A stretch of DNA of 64,000 nt. Source: Malacoraja senta (Eukaryota). Below the pieces are notes generated by a model. That model searched no databases. It saw only the letters and a list, made by a program, of their open reading frames with translations, and was not told the DNA's origin. Position numbers and translations under genes: made by a program. This document shows positions 36,261 to 49,482 of this stretch, piece by piece. The DNA is taken from positions 6,760,001 through 6,824,000 of the forward strand of contig CM075990.1 in NCBI GenBank assembly GCA_038087875.1, read 5' to 3'. Positions within the stretch are counted from its first letter, which is position 1; every line of letters begins with the position of its first letter.

Positions 36261-36819
36261 GAGTCAGGAAGACATGTTGCAGCTTTAGAGGACTTTGGTT
36301 GGGCCACATTTGGAGCATTGTGTGCAGTTCTGGTGGCCCCCTTACAGGAAGGAATGAGGAATAGTGGATGGAGGCTTTGGAGAGGGTGCAGAAGTGATTT
36401 ACCAGAATGTAGTGTGGATTAGAGGAATAGAACTTTAAGGAGAGGTTGAAAAACTTGGATTGTTTTTTCTGAAGCATTGGAGGTTGAGGAGAGGCATGAT
36501 AGCAAATATAAATGTATGAGAGGCATAGAGAGGGTGGACAGTCAGAACCCTTCTCCTAGGGTGGAAATAACAATGACTAGAGGGTGTCGCTCTATGGTCA
36601 GAGGGAGGAGGTTTAAGGAGATGCTTGAAGTACATTTTTTACAAAGAAATTGGTGAGTGCCTGGACCAAGCGTCCAGGGGTGGTGGTGGAGGCGGATACG
36701 ATAGTGGCATTTAAGAGGCTTTTAGATAGGGACACAAATGTGCGGATAATGGAGGGGTACGCAGGGGAGCTCCAGTTTCCTCCCACACTCCAAAGGCATA
36801 CAGGTTTGTAGGTTAATTG

Positions 36820-37255
36820 AAGATAGATACAAAATGCTGGATTGTAATTTCAGCCGTAGAATTCGTCAGACTGATTTCAGGGGAGAGGGAGGGACACAGA
36901 TAAGGAAGTGTATAGATAAGGAAGTGTGAGGTGTGAAAACAGGACATCGGGAGTGGAGATCAAGGAAAATGTAGAATAGATCATTGTTAGTTGGGAGAAG
37001 GTTGGATAACATGTAGTCGGAGACAGTAAGACTGGTCGGAGAACTGGGAAGGGGGAGGGTTGGAGAGAGAGGGAAAGCAAGGGTTACTTGAAGTTTGAGA
37101 AGTGTTCATACTGCTGGGGTGTGAGCTGCCCGACTGAAATATGAGGTGCTTTTCCTCCAATTTGCACTGGACGTCACTCTGACAATGGAGGAGGTCCAGG
37201 ACAGAAATATCGGTGTGGCAATGGGAGTGGGAGTTAATGTGTTTAGCAACTGGGA
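36820..37255 (-). mobile_element. Penelope-like element 3' fragment inserted in a SINE
   Basis: Homologous to the GIY-YIG end and 3' UTR at 62815-63260; flanking SINE halves at 36770-36818 and 37260-37400. Confidence 0.7.
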
Positions 37256-38679
37256 TTGGAGGTTAATTGGCTTGGTATAATTGTAATTTGTCCGTAGTGT
37301 GTGTAGGGCAGTGGAAGTGTGCAGGGATCGCTGGTCAGCGCTGACTCGGTGGGCAAAAGGGCCTGTAGCCGCGCTGTATCTCTAAACTAAACTAAACTAA
37401 AACCAAATTAAAATGCATGGTAAACAACACTGGGGCCTGTGTGATAAATACCAAGGCTATTGCAGTGCTCCTGCACATGCCACTACAAGCTTTGATAAAG
37501 TTATACCACTCCAGGGTGTGTTTGCAACCGTGAACACAGCCTAAGGCCCTTTTTGCTAATGGAGGAACAGCATTTAATTTGCCTTTTAGCAAAAATAGAA
37601 ATCTAGACCCATTGCTTAAAGTAATGAGAGGTTTGGTTGTAATCTCAACACATTTGGCTTGGAACAAAACAAGCAAGATGGTTTTCATATGTTTTATGGC
37701 GTAACTGAGTAACTTTCCTTTATCTGTCCACTGCGGATGGCTTGGTTGTATTCATGGAGCCTCGGCAGCAGTGGGAGCCTCGGCAGCAGTGGGAGCCTCG
37801 GTGACGGTGGGGCCTCGCGATCAACCCGCGATCAGCGGTCGATGAGCGTGAGTGGGGGAGGGGAAGACAATGGGGACCCGGCGTGGGGGGACCGCCGTGA
37901 GGGACGGTGGGAGAACAAAGAGGGACCTGGTGTGGGGGAGGTGGCGGACACTCTAGTTTAGAATCATCTGCCCAGGGGATAAGCCTGCATTTGTTTGTTT
38001 GTTTGTTCGTTCGTTCGTTCCGGTTAAAGCACTGTGCACACGGCAGCCAGCCAACATCGCTTGTCTTTTTCTTTTTTTCACTTTGAATTCAATTTTAATT
38101 TCACGTTTTCTTGTACCTTGTGTGTTGTGACTGTTGGCAGAAAATGTCCATCTGAGGATGAATAAAGTTCTATCGTATCGTATCATATAATCTTTTCTTT
38201 GACTGGATAGGACGCAACAAAAAGCTTTTCACTGTATCTCGGTACTCATGAGAATAATAAACTGAGCTAAAAAATTTAACTAATCTAAAGTAAGTGTGTA
38301 GGAAGGAACTACAGATGCTGATTTAAACCGAAGATAGACACAAGTAGCTAAACTAAACTGGTCCTCCCGGTCCCTAGATGTGGATGTTTTGAGGTGTTGG
38401 TTGTATGTATTAGGTCCAGGGTTTTATTTAACCTTAGGTTAGAGCAAAGTATTGCTCTTTCATTATTATTTAGCTATAAATAGAATGAAAGAGTTGAATA
38501 GGACAAAACAAAGGACACAGTACAAAGGGCAAATTAATCCACGAGGTATGTTTTGATGGAATACAAACTTCACATTGGATTCTCTAACCTCTTTGCATGA
38601 ATACTTCGGCAGTGACCTTGAAGAACTATTTCATGTAGCCCATTGAATTGTCAACCCAGGGTTAAGGGAGATGCATTGT

Positions 38680-39215
38680 GAGTGCAAAGTGATCGCCCTG
38701 CAAGTGCAAAGCAAAATCTGTGTTTGGTGGTGAATGAGGTACAAGTGAATGAAAGGAATGCAGTGCAAGTAAATGCGGTGTGTGCAGTAAGTGAATGCAG
38801 TAGTCGCGATGAAACTGCATGCAGCGCCAGTGCATCTGGTGAAAGAATACACTGATCACAATGCAGCAAGTGATTACCATGAGTGCAGCGTAATGAATAT
38901 AGTGAGAAGAATGCACATGAATAGATGCGAGTGAATACAGGAAGGACAAGTGAACGCAGGCAGTGAATGCAGTGCCCCAGTGAGTGAATGCAATGTGAAT
39001 GAGTGCAGTGGCTGCCTTCAAGGGGGCGCAAGTGAATGTAGTGCAGTTGCATGTTGTCAGTGCACAGAGGCAAGTGAATGAAGTGAACATTAACGCAGTG
39101 AATTCAGTGCAAGTGAACAAGTAAATCGCATGGAAAGGAGTGGAGCAGAAGTCAATGTGGTGAATACAGTGTAAACGATCGCTGTCCTTGCAGAAAGGTA
39201 GGTGAATGCAATGGA
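38680..39215. repeat. Degenerate simple-sequence array (gtgaatgcagt / gtgcaa motifs)
   Basis: Many imperfect copies of gtgaat and tgcagt; the overlapping Cys/His/Thr-rich ORFs are low-complexity by-products. Confidence 0.7.
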
Positions 39216-41234
39216 AGTTTAGTTTAGAGTTGAATTTAGTTTAGAGATACGGCATGGAAATAGGTCCTTCGGCCCATCAAGTCCATGCCGACCAACGATC
39301 ACCCTTTCACACTAGTTCTATGTTATACCACTTTATCATACACTCATACATATTAAGGGCATTTTTTATAGAGACCAATTAACTTACAAACCCAGACGTC
39401 TTGGGGATGTGAAAGGAAACCGGAGCACCTGAGGAAACCCATACAGCCACAGGGAGAACATGCAAACTCCACAAAGACAGCAACATAAATCAGGTTGCAC
39501 GCAAATCTCTGGTGCCGTGAGACAATAACTCTACCAGTAACGCCACTGTACTGGTCTCAGTAAATGAGTCAATCCGGTGTGTTTAGTTTTGTTTAGCGTG
39601 AAAAAAAAGGCTCTTCGGCCCACCGAATCCGCACTGACCAGCAATCACCCTAACACTATTCCACACACTGGGGACAAGTTACAATCTTTACTGAAGACAA
39701 TTAACCTACTAACCTGTAGGAGTGTGGGAGGAAACCAGAGCACCCGGAGAAAACCCACGGGGGAGAAGGTACAAACTCCGTATGTTCAGCACCCGTAGTC
39801 AGGATGGAATCTGGGCCTGTGGTGCTGTAAGGCAGCAACTCTACCGCTGCGCCACCGTGCCGCCACAAGTCAACATGGAAGATGCAAACAATGCAAATAA
39901 ATGCAGTGAATGCCACACGAATAAGTAGAGTGTGTGAATGGTGTTAAGGAGGGAGGGGGGGGGGAGAGGGTGATTTTACAGTCAAAATGTCAAAGTTGAA
40001 ACGAGAAAGACGCATATGAACCAGCTTTTGTTTCCCGGCTGTGTTAGTTATTCAGAGCTGCTGCTATTAAAGAGCATGTTACATAGATCTATCCATCCAT
40101 ATTACAGTATGTGCAGTAGCAGCAAACAGCAGGCGCACAATGCCTGTATTTACCAAAGTGAAGTTCAGGAACTTTAGTTACTAAGCCTGGTTGGAAGATT
40201 GGGCAGCAGGTCTCCCCAGAGAGCAGTGAAATACAGGTGATCTTTCATCAGGGTAAAAGACTCATAACTCAGAAACACCAGAGGCACAAGTGAGTTTATG
40301 TGGGCCGTTTTACATACTAAAGGTCTGCAATTGGTTCCTAAATAGTTTTTCACTCTATGCTGTATTTATTTAAGCCTGGTAAGCAGTTTAAGTGTGTGGA
40401 CAAATAGAAAGGAAAGACTTGCAGAAAGTGCTATGTATTTCTAAGCTACTCAATCCGGTTCCACTGAATGTTTCACCCTCATTCAATGACCCAGCCACAT
40501 GTAGGCAGAGGGATTAGAGCCCAGTTAAAGGTCTTTTTCAGCAAGTACAGCTTTCTTGTTAAGCGAGAAGCCTATGTTTACTTTTATGTAGGAAGGAACT
40601 GCAGATGCTGGTTTGAACTGAAGATAGACACAAAAAGATGGAGTAACTCAGCGGGACAGGCAGCATCACTGGAGAGAAGGAATGGGTCGAGACCCTTCTT
40701 CAGACAGTTTAGTTTGAGTTTAGTTTAGTTTACAAGCCCTTCGGCCCACCGGGTCCGCACATACCAGCGATCCCCGCACACTAAAACGATCCAACACACA
40801 CTAGGGACAATTTTGCATTTGGTCTTTGATTTTCCAGTTGGAACTGTTTATCAGTCACAATCTGGTTAGAGAAACCAAAAACAAACAAGATTCCCTTTCT
40901 TGTGTGAAAAAAGAATTGTCAAAAAAAGGAGCAAAAAGCAAATGTCAAGATTTGGCGACACCAACAATGTTTGTTGGTGATGATGCTGAAGATTTGCCTT
41001 GCTCCACCCCCGCACCCCCCCACCCCTCGAGTTATGAACAGTGATGTTCTCAGCCAAGAATCAGTAGATTGTGGGTTCAAGAGGAAGGAGTCAAGAGTAT
41101 TTTATTGTCAGATGTCCCAGATAGAACAATGAAATTCTTACATGCAGCAGCACAACAGAATATGTAAACATGGTACACTGTAAGCAATATAATAAACGAG
41201 GGGAAAAAAGTTCAGTTTGTGTGTGTATTCAGGG

Positions 41235-41557
41235 CAGCACGGTGGCGCAGCGGTAGAGTTGCTGCCTTACAACACTTGCAGCGCCGGAGACCCGGGTTCG
41301 ATGCCGACGTCGAGTGTTGTCTGTATGGAGTTTGTGTACGTTCTCCCCGTGACCGCGTGGGTTTTCTCCGAGACCTTTGGTTTCCTCCCACACTCCAAAG
41401 ACGTACAGGTATGTAGATAAATTGGCTTGGTATAAATGTAAAAATTGTCCCTAGTGTGTGTAATATAGTGTTAATGTGCGGGGATCGCTGGTCAGCGCGG
41501 ACTTGGTGGACCGAAGAGCCTGTTCCCGTGCTGTATCTCTAAAACTAAAACTAAAAA
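41235..41557 (+). mobile_element. HE1-like SINE inserted in a reverse Rex1-like tail (41090-41840)
   Basis: Complete head, body and tail; flanks match the reverse complement of the 17250-type tail and ORF end. Confidence 0.8.
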
Positions 41558-42784
41558 CTCTCTCTATACACATACACACACATGCGCATATGTACAGATC
41601 ATCTATATATATATATCTAATATATATACACAAATGCACACATCCGTACACATATAAAACAAACAATAATAGTGCAATAATAACAATATTAGTCTATGTA
41701 GTTCAGAGCTTATTTGAAGTTGTAGTGTTGGCTGAAGGGAAGAAGCTGTTCCTGAACTTGGACATTACAGTTTTCAGGCTCCTGTACCTTCTTCCCGAAA
41801 GCAGGGGTGCAATGAATGTGTGGCCAGGGTGGTGTGGGACATGACATGAGGTTGTCCTTCAGGCAGATGGTACTGATGGAGCTCCACACTGTTAAATGTG
41901 TAGAAGGAACTGCAGATGCTGGTTTAAAGCAAAGATAGACACAAAACGCTGGAGTAACTCAGTGGGACAGGCAACATCTCTGGAGAGAAGGAATGGGTGA
42001 CGTTTCGGGTCGAGACGTCACCCATTCCTTCTCTCCAGAGATGCTGCCTGCCCCGCTGAGTTACTCCAGCATTTTGTGTGTATCCATACTGTTTAAGTTC
42101 CCTTTCCCATGGCATCAATCCTCAGCCCTACTAATGCTACCTCTCAAGCCTGCTCACTGTACCTGTATGCTTTTCCGAGCGGCCGTTTACAAATAACAGA
42201 GGCAGAGCTATCAACAGAGCTCCTTTATCAACAGCCAAAAACACTCAACAAATGCATTATCGGGTACAACAGTGTATCAAGAGTTATAGGCATGGTATAA
42301 TTGGTCCCTTACATATGCAACACTATCTGCTCTCTCCAACGTATTAATGACCCAATTGAGACAAGTTCTCTCCAAAGTTCTGGTCAATGTTTTTGCTAAG
42401 TACATAATCTGCCATAAAAATTGCTACCTGCTCATTATCCCAATGTTGCTCCTGCTGAGTAATTGCCAGCCATGTTCTTTAAGTTGCAACAATGGTTCCT
42501 ATTGAACATATGCCTCACCGACTAAGTTTGCGACATGGAGACAAATTCTTGAAGGCCATAACTCACGTTGAGACTTATTACACAGCTGGTGGTTGGTATG
42601 TTGCATTGTGTTACATAGAACACAAGTGGTGCTGGCTAATCAACTGCAGAGTGCGTCAAGAGGGTCTCTGGTAGCCCTGCGCGGAATCTGCACAAAGATC
42701 TTCACAACAGCTTACAGTCAAATGCCAGGCAAGTTTGGGAAGGAACTGCAGATATTGGTCTATACCAAAGATAGACACAAAGAG

Positions 42785-43210
42785 CGGCACGGTGGCGCAG
42801 CGGTACAGTCGCTGCCTTCCAGCGCCAGTGCCTCGGGTTCGATCCCGACCACGGGTGCATGTCTGTACGGAGTTTTACGTTCTCCCCGTGACCTGCATGG
42901 GTTTTCTCCGGGATCTCCGGTTTCATCCCACTCTCCAAAGACGTACAGGCTTGTAGGGTTAATTGGCTTGGTATAATCATAGACAATAGACAATAGACAA
43001 TAGGTGCAGGAGTAGGCCATTCGGCCCTTCGAGCCAGCACCGCCATTCAAAGTGATCATGGCTGATCATCCCCAATCAGTACCCCGTTCCCAATTGTAAA
43101 ATTATCCCTAGTGTGTGTACGATAGCGTTAGTGTGCTGGAACCCCTCGTAGGCATGGACTCAGTGGTCCTAAGAGCCTGTTTCCGTGCTGTCTCTAAACT
43201 AAACTAAAAT
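42785..43210 (+). mobile_element. HE1-like SINE with a nested CR1 3' tail (42980-43090, minus)
   Basis: SINE body interrupted by (tagacaa)n-ggtgcaggagtaggccattcgg. Confidence 0.75.
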
Positions 43211-44615
43211 ATTTCTCAATCTTTATTTGTTAACCTTTCCAAATACAGGGAATTTGGAGATAAAGTGCTGGAGTAATTGATTAGATCAGGAAACATCTTT
43301 GGAGAAAAGGAATGGGTGGCGTTTCAATAGGTGACTCAAGTCTGAAGAAGGATTCCGACCCGAAACATCACTTATTCCTATTCTCCAGAGATGCTGCCCG
43401 ACCTGCCGAGTTACTCAAGCACTTTGTATCCATCTTTAGTCTACACCAGCATCTGCAGTTCCTTTCTAGATTTGGAATTCCATAATTCCCTGGCAAATGA
43501 AGCATCAATCCATAGTCTTTCTAGATGTTCTTCACATGGAATACATTGCCACAGACAGCTGTGGCGGCCATGTCATTTGGTATTTTGGAGATTGAGAGAA
43601 TCTTGATTAGTAAGTGTGCCAAAGGTCATGGGGAGAAGGCAGAGATTGGGGTTTGAGTGGGAAAGATAGATCAGCCATGATTGAATGGTGGAGTAGACTT
43701 GATGGGCTGAATGGCCTCATTCTGCTCACATGACTTATGAACATGAACTTTTTTAATATCTTGAGAGTCTGTTCACTTTCAGAAGCACCGGACACTTACG
43801 AGACCGGTGAAAGAACGAGCTGGACAAATCTCCTTCAGTTTGCAGAGTAGACTACAACCAACCCGCTGCCATTTTGAAGCTGATTCTGAGGAGAGTACCA
43901 ATTATCTCTGCCAATCAATTTTATTAACACCATCCAGCTCATTTACATTTCTTGCTCCCTGATGCTTTGGTGCTCTTTTAAAGAAAATTAAATATAAATA
44001 TATTTTATCAGTGCAACGTTTGTCTTCGCACTAGCTGCTGAGTGCAAGAAACAGGTTGGATCAGTCCCTGCTGGTCTGGCTAAAATATTGACAGTGTCAA
44101 CGAGTCAATATTTATGGCGTCAAGGAGCCACAAAGAGGGACTTTACAGCAGGCCTGCGCTAAATGAGGACCCTGTTCCAGACCATTAGCCAAACCCTAGT
44201 CGGGCCACCGAGTGCAGGAGAGACCTGAGTGAGATGACATTGAGCAACATTATCGCTTCAGCCCTGAGCCGGTGAGAAATACTCGACTCGGGCCAAAGAC
44301 CTCACACTGATTCAGGACAAGTTCTCTTTCAACGGTCCAACTGAGCAGCCCTTTGCATCACATTTAAGGGGAGAGTTTCTCAGCTTGGCAGCGGGTTGGT
44401 TGCAGTCCGCTCTGCAAACTGAAAGAGATTTGTCCATGAAGTGGATTTTGGTGGAATCCATGATGTAGAGATCTGTGGGATGAATGTGTAGGAAGAGGCT
44501 GCAGATGCTGGTTTAAATTGAAGATAATCTGAAGATAGACACATCTATCAAAGAAGTGGGGAATGTATGTTAATTGGTCTCTGAATTTGTTACTTAGTTC
44601 GTAGGGAATGGGATA

Positions 44616-44971
44616 ATATAATAATAATAATAATAATGGATGGGATTTATATAGCGCCTTTCTAATACTCAAGGCGCTTTACATCGCATTATTCATTCAC
44701 TCCTCAGTCACACTCGGTGGTGGTGAGCTACTTCTGTAGCCACAGCTGCCCTGGGGCAGACTGACGGAAGCGTGGCTGCTAATCTGCGCCTACGGCCCCT
44801 CCGACCACCACCAATCACTCACACACATTCACACACATTCACACGCAGGCAAAGGTGGGTGAAGTGTCTTGCCCAAGGACACAACGACAGTATGCACTCC
44901 AAGCGGGATTCGAACCAGCTACCTTCCGGTTGCCAGCTGAACACTTAGCCCATTGCGCCATCTGTCGTCCC
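44616..44971 (-). mobile_element. Young CORE-type SINE, second copy
   Basis: Differs from 5685-6036 by about 4 substitutions and one acacacattc unit; 5' end GGGACGACAGATGGCGCAATGG. Confidence 0.9.
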
Positions 44972-45679
44972 ATAGGACTATGTTATGGATTTGGTACCCC
45001 CAACACCACGGTGGCGCAGTGGTACTGTTGATGCCTTACAGCCGTTGCAGCACCGGAGACCCGGGTTCAATCCCAACCACGGATGCTGTCTGGATGGAGT
45101 TTGTCCGTTCTCCCACACTCTGATGTACAGGTTTGTAGGTTAATTGGCTTGATATAAGTGTAAATTGTCCCTTGTAGTGCTAATGTTCGAGGATCGCTAG
45201 TCGGTGGGCCGAAGGGCCTGTTTCCGCGCTGTATCTCTAAACTAAATTAAAATAATGTGAACGGGTGATCTATGGTCAGCGTGGACTCAGTGGGCTGAAG
45301 GGTTGTTTCCATGCTGTATCTTTAAAACGAATAAAAACATACACACTAAAGTCAATCTACACCCTAAAGGCAATTAACTCACCAACCCAGCTTGTGGGAG
45401 GAAACCTGAGCTCCCTGTTCTTCCTGATTCATTTCTGTTCTTTGTACTCGTGATGCGATTTCTTGTTGTGGTTTCATGTGGATTTTCCAGGCCACATTCA
45501 GAGGGCAGTTGGCTCAGTGGGTTCCGAGACTGGTACAGCAGTCCTGACGGGTTAGCGACCACAGCATTCCTTTCACAAATGTTTCTGTGACATTTTCCAA
45601 ATCCAACCTTTTAGCTGCAAATTTATTTAATGAACCGTACTCAAATTTGCAGGAATTTGAACCACATCTGGTTCAGGAC

Positions 45680-45970
45680 AGCACGGTGGTGCAGCGGTAG
45701 AGTTGCTGCCTCACGGCGCCAGAGACCTGGGTTCGATCCTCACTACACCTGCTGTCTGTACAGAGTTTGTACATTCTCCCCGTGGGTTTTCTCCGGGTAC
45801 TCCGGCTTCCTTCCACACTCCAAAGACATACAGGTTGGTAGGTTCATTGGCTTCAGTAAAAAGTTTGTAGGATAGTGCTAGTGTACGGGGATTGCTGGTT
45901 GGCGCAGACCCAGTAGGCTGAGGGGCCTGTTTCCACGCTGTATCTCTAAATTAAACTAAACTTAACTAAT
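45680..45970 (+). mobile_element. HE1-like SINE
   Basis: A/B boxes, shared body, (aaact)n tail. Confidence 0.75.
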
Positions 45971-46144
45971 CTTTCTGCTTTAAATCCAGTAACACATGCC
46001 TCCCCTTGCAGTCCAGCTAAAGATAGAATATCTTGTGGCTGGAGTGAACATAGAACATAGAACAGTAGAGCCATCGTTCGGTCCACAATATCTGTGCCAA
46101 ACATCCTGCTAAGTCCATCACTTATCTGTGTACACTTACATAAT

Positions 46145-46870
46145 CAATATCAGAATCAGAATCAGAATCAGAATCACACTTTATTCGGCAAGTATGTTTT
46201 GCAACATACGAGGAATTTCATTGGCCAGGTCAGTCATACAATTAAAAGCAACAGATCACTCAAAAACACATTTTAACATGACCATCCACCACAGTGACTC
46301 CTACACATTCCTCACTGTGATGGAAGGCCAAATAAAGTTCAAGTCCCTTCCTTTGTTCTTCCTCGGTCGTGAGCCTCGAGCCCCTGTTGACGGGACGATC
46401 TAGACTCCCGTAGCCAGCGGTGTTTGGGCCCTCCGCGTCGAGGCGATCAAGCTCCCGCATCGGGGTGATTTCAGCTCCCCCGTGCCGGGCGATCGAACTT
46501 CGCGTCGGGGCTGGTCGAACCTTCCACGACTTTGGAGCTCCCAACTCGGCCTCGCCCGAGACTGCGAGCCCTTGATTGTAAAGTCTGCGGTGGTCGCGGT
46601 GGGTGTGATCCCAGGCAAGGGATCAGCTCCGATGTTAAGTCCGCGCCCCGCGGTGGGGCTCAGGACAGTCCGAGGAGGCCTCCAGCTCCAGCGATGGTAG
46701 GCCGCAGAGCCCGGAGAATGTGATCCGAAAAATTGATCACATCTCCGGGAAGGTAAGAACCTGAAAAAAAGTTCCCCCCTCCCCCTCCCCCCTCCCCCCT
46801 CCCCCCTCCCCCTCCCCCCACATAAAACAAACCGAAGAACATTAAAACAAACTTTTAACAAACGTTAAAA
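46145..46870 (-). mobile_element. GC-rich retroposed repeat with (TCTGAT)n tail
   Basis: (atcaga)n plus tttatt at 46148-46185; body homologous in reverse to 11215-11802. Confidence 0.6.
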
Positions 46871-49482
46871 ATAAAAATCCATCCATATGCCTATATAAAA
46901 ATCTTTTAAATGCCACTACCGTACCTGCTTCAACCACCACCATGGCAGCATGTTCCAGGCACTCACCACCCTCTGTGTAAAAATTCTTTAAGTGTGAAGA
47001 AAGAGAAGGTTTTTTGCTTTAAAAAATATGCAAAAAAACAGGCCCTTCAGCCTACCATGGTCTTGACAATCGTACTTATTTATGTAGAAACAAGGAACTG
47101 CAGATGCTGGTTTACACAAAAGGACATTAAGTGCAGGAGTAACTAAGCGGGTCAGGCAGTATCTCTGGAGAACATGGATAGGTGACGTTTCGGGTCAGGA
47201 CCCTATCTATACTAACCTTTATTCATCCAAAACCTTCTGGATAACACAGGGCCATATTAGAGTGCAAATCAAGGAATCAACCGTGTACTTTCATTACCTG
47301 CTTCCCAGGCACACATAGCTTGCATTCAAAATGGAAATCAAATCTACACACATTATATCAATGTGGTCACTTCAAATTCATGAACAACTGCAGCAAGACT
47401 TAAAATCTTGAAGAATCTTGACAGAAACTGAACAACTGAGATCACATAATTTGTCTTTCTGATTTTGTGTTGTATCTACATATTGGCTTTCTATGTTTGG
47501 TGTCAGGGTTTGAAGAAGGGTCCCAACCTGAAGCGTCGCCTATTCATTTTCTCCAGAGAAGCTGCCTGGCCTGCTCAGTTACTCCAACATTTTGTATCTA
47601 AAGCAGCATTTGCAGTTCATTTTTTATTCCTAGAACACCTCTCTGAGAGTTTTATCAACAGTTTTGGCATGCTTTGGGATTCTTTTTCAAAGATTCATAA
47701 AGTGTAAAGTCAAAACAAGCCCAGCCTGTCCAGTCTTTTCTCATGTGAAACACTCCACCACAGGCAACATCCAAGTGATCTTCTCCTCTGGCATTGAGAG
47801 AGAAATCACATCTCCAGATTCAGGGGCAGTTTCTTCCCAGCTGTTATCAGGCAACTGAATCATCATTAGGTTATAGATACATAGATACATAGAAAATAGG
47901 TGCAGGAGTAGGCCATTCGGCCCTTCGAGCCTGCACCGCCATTCAATATGATCATGGCTGATCATCCAACTCAGTATCCTGTACCTGCCTTCTCTCCATA
48001 CCCCCTGATCCCCTTTAGCCACAAGGGCCACATCTAACTCCCTCTTAAATATAGCCAATGAACTGGCCTCAACTACCCTCTGTGGCAGAGAATTCCAGAG
48101 ATTCACCACTCACTGTGTGAAAAAGTTTTTCCTCATCTCGGTCTTAAAGGATTTCCCCCTTATCCTTAAGCTGTGACCCCTTGTCCTGGACTTCCCCAAC
48201 ATTGGGAACAATCTTCCTGCATCTAGCCTGTCCAACCCCATAAGAATTTTGTATGTTTCTATAAGATCCCCTCTCAATCTCCTAAATTCTAGCGAGTATA
48301 AGCCAAGTCTATCCAGTCTTTCTTCATATGAAAGTCCTGACATCCCAGGAATCAGTCTGGTGAACCTTCTTTGCACTCCCTCTATGGCTATAATGTCCTT
48401 CCTCAGATTTGGAGACCAAAACTGTACGCAATACTCCAGGTGTGGTCTCACCAAGACGCTGTACAACTGCAGTAGAACCTCCCTGCTCCTATACTCAAAT
48501 CCTTTTGCTATGAAAGCTAACATACCATTCGCTTTCTTCACTGCCTGCTGCACCTGCATGCCTACTTTCAATGACTGGTGTACCATGACACCCAGGTCTG
48601 GCTGCATCTCCCCATTTCCTAATCGGGCACCATTTAGATAATAGTCTGCTTTCCTGTTTTTGCCACCAAAGTGGATAACCTCACATTTATCAACATTATA
48701 CTGCATCTGCCAAACATTTGCCCACTCACCCAGCCTATCCAAGTCACCTTGCAGTCTCCTAGCATCCTCCTCACAGCTAACACTGCCCCCCAGCTTAGTG
48801 TCATCCGCAAACTTGGAGATGTTGCCTTCAATTCCCTCATCCAGGTCATTAATATAAATTGTAAATAGCTGGGGTCCCAGCACTGAGCCTTGCGGTACCC
48901 CACTAGTCACTGCCTGCCATTGTGAAAAGGACCCGTTTACTCCTACTCTTTGCTTCCTGTTTGCCAGCCAGTTCTCTATCCACATCAATACTGAACCCCC
49001 AATACTGTGTGCTTTAAGTTTGTATACTAATCTCTTATGTGGTACCTTGTCGAAAGCCTTCTGAAACTCCAGATACAACACATCCACTGGTTCTCCCCTA
49101 TCCACTCTACTAGTTACATCCTCGAAAAATTCTATAAGATTCGTCAGACATGATTTACCTTTCGTAAATCCATGCTGACTTTGTCCAATGATTTCACCAC
49201 TTTCCAAATGTGCTGCTATCCCATCTTTAATAAGTGACTCTAGCAGTTTCCCCACTACCGATGTTAGACTAACTGGTCTGTAATTCCCCGTTATCTCTCT
49301 CCCTCCCTTCTTAAAAAGTGGGGTTACCGTTGCTACCCTCCAATCCTCAGGAACTACTCCAGAATCTAAAGAGTTTTGAAAAATTATCACTAATGCATCC
49401 ACTATTTCTGGAGCTACTTCCTTAAGTACTCTGGGATGCAGCCTATCTGGCCCTGGTGATTTATCGGCCTTTAATCCATTCA

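Noticed and set aside
38631..39120. Overlapping Cys/His-rich ORFs suggestive of zinc fingers
   Set aside because: Products of a low-complexity array; no regular C2H2 spacing
40826..41044. Possible host exon (ttccag acceptor, Lys-rich frame)
   Set aside because: No recognisable protein similarity and no convincing donor site
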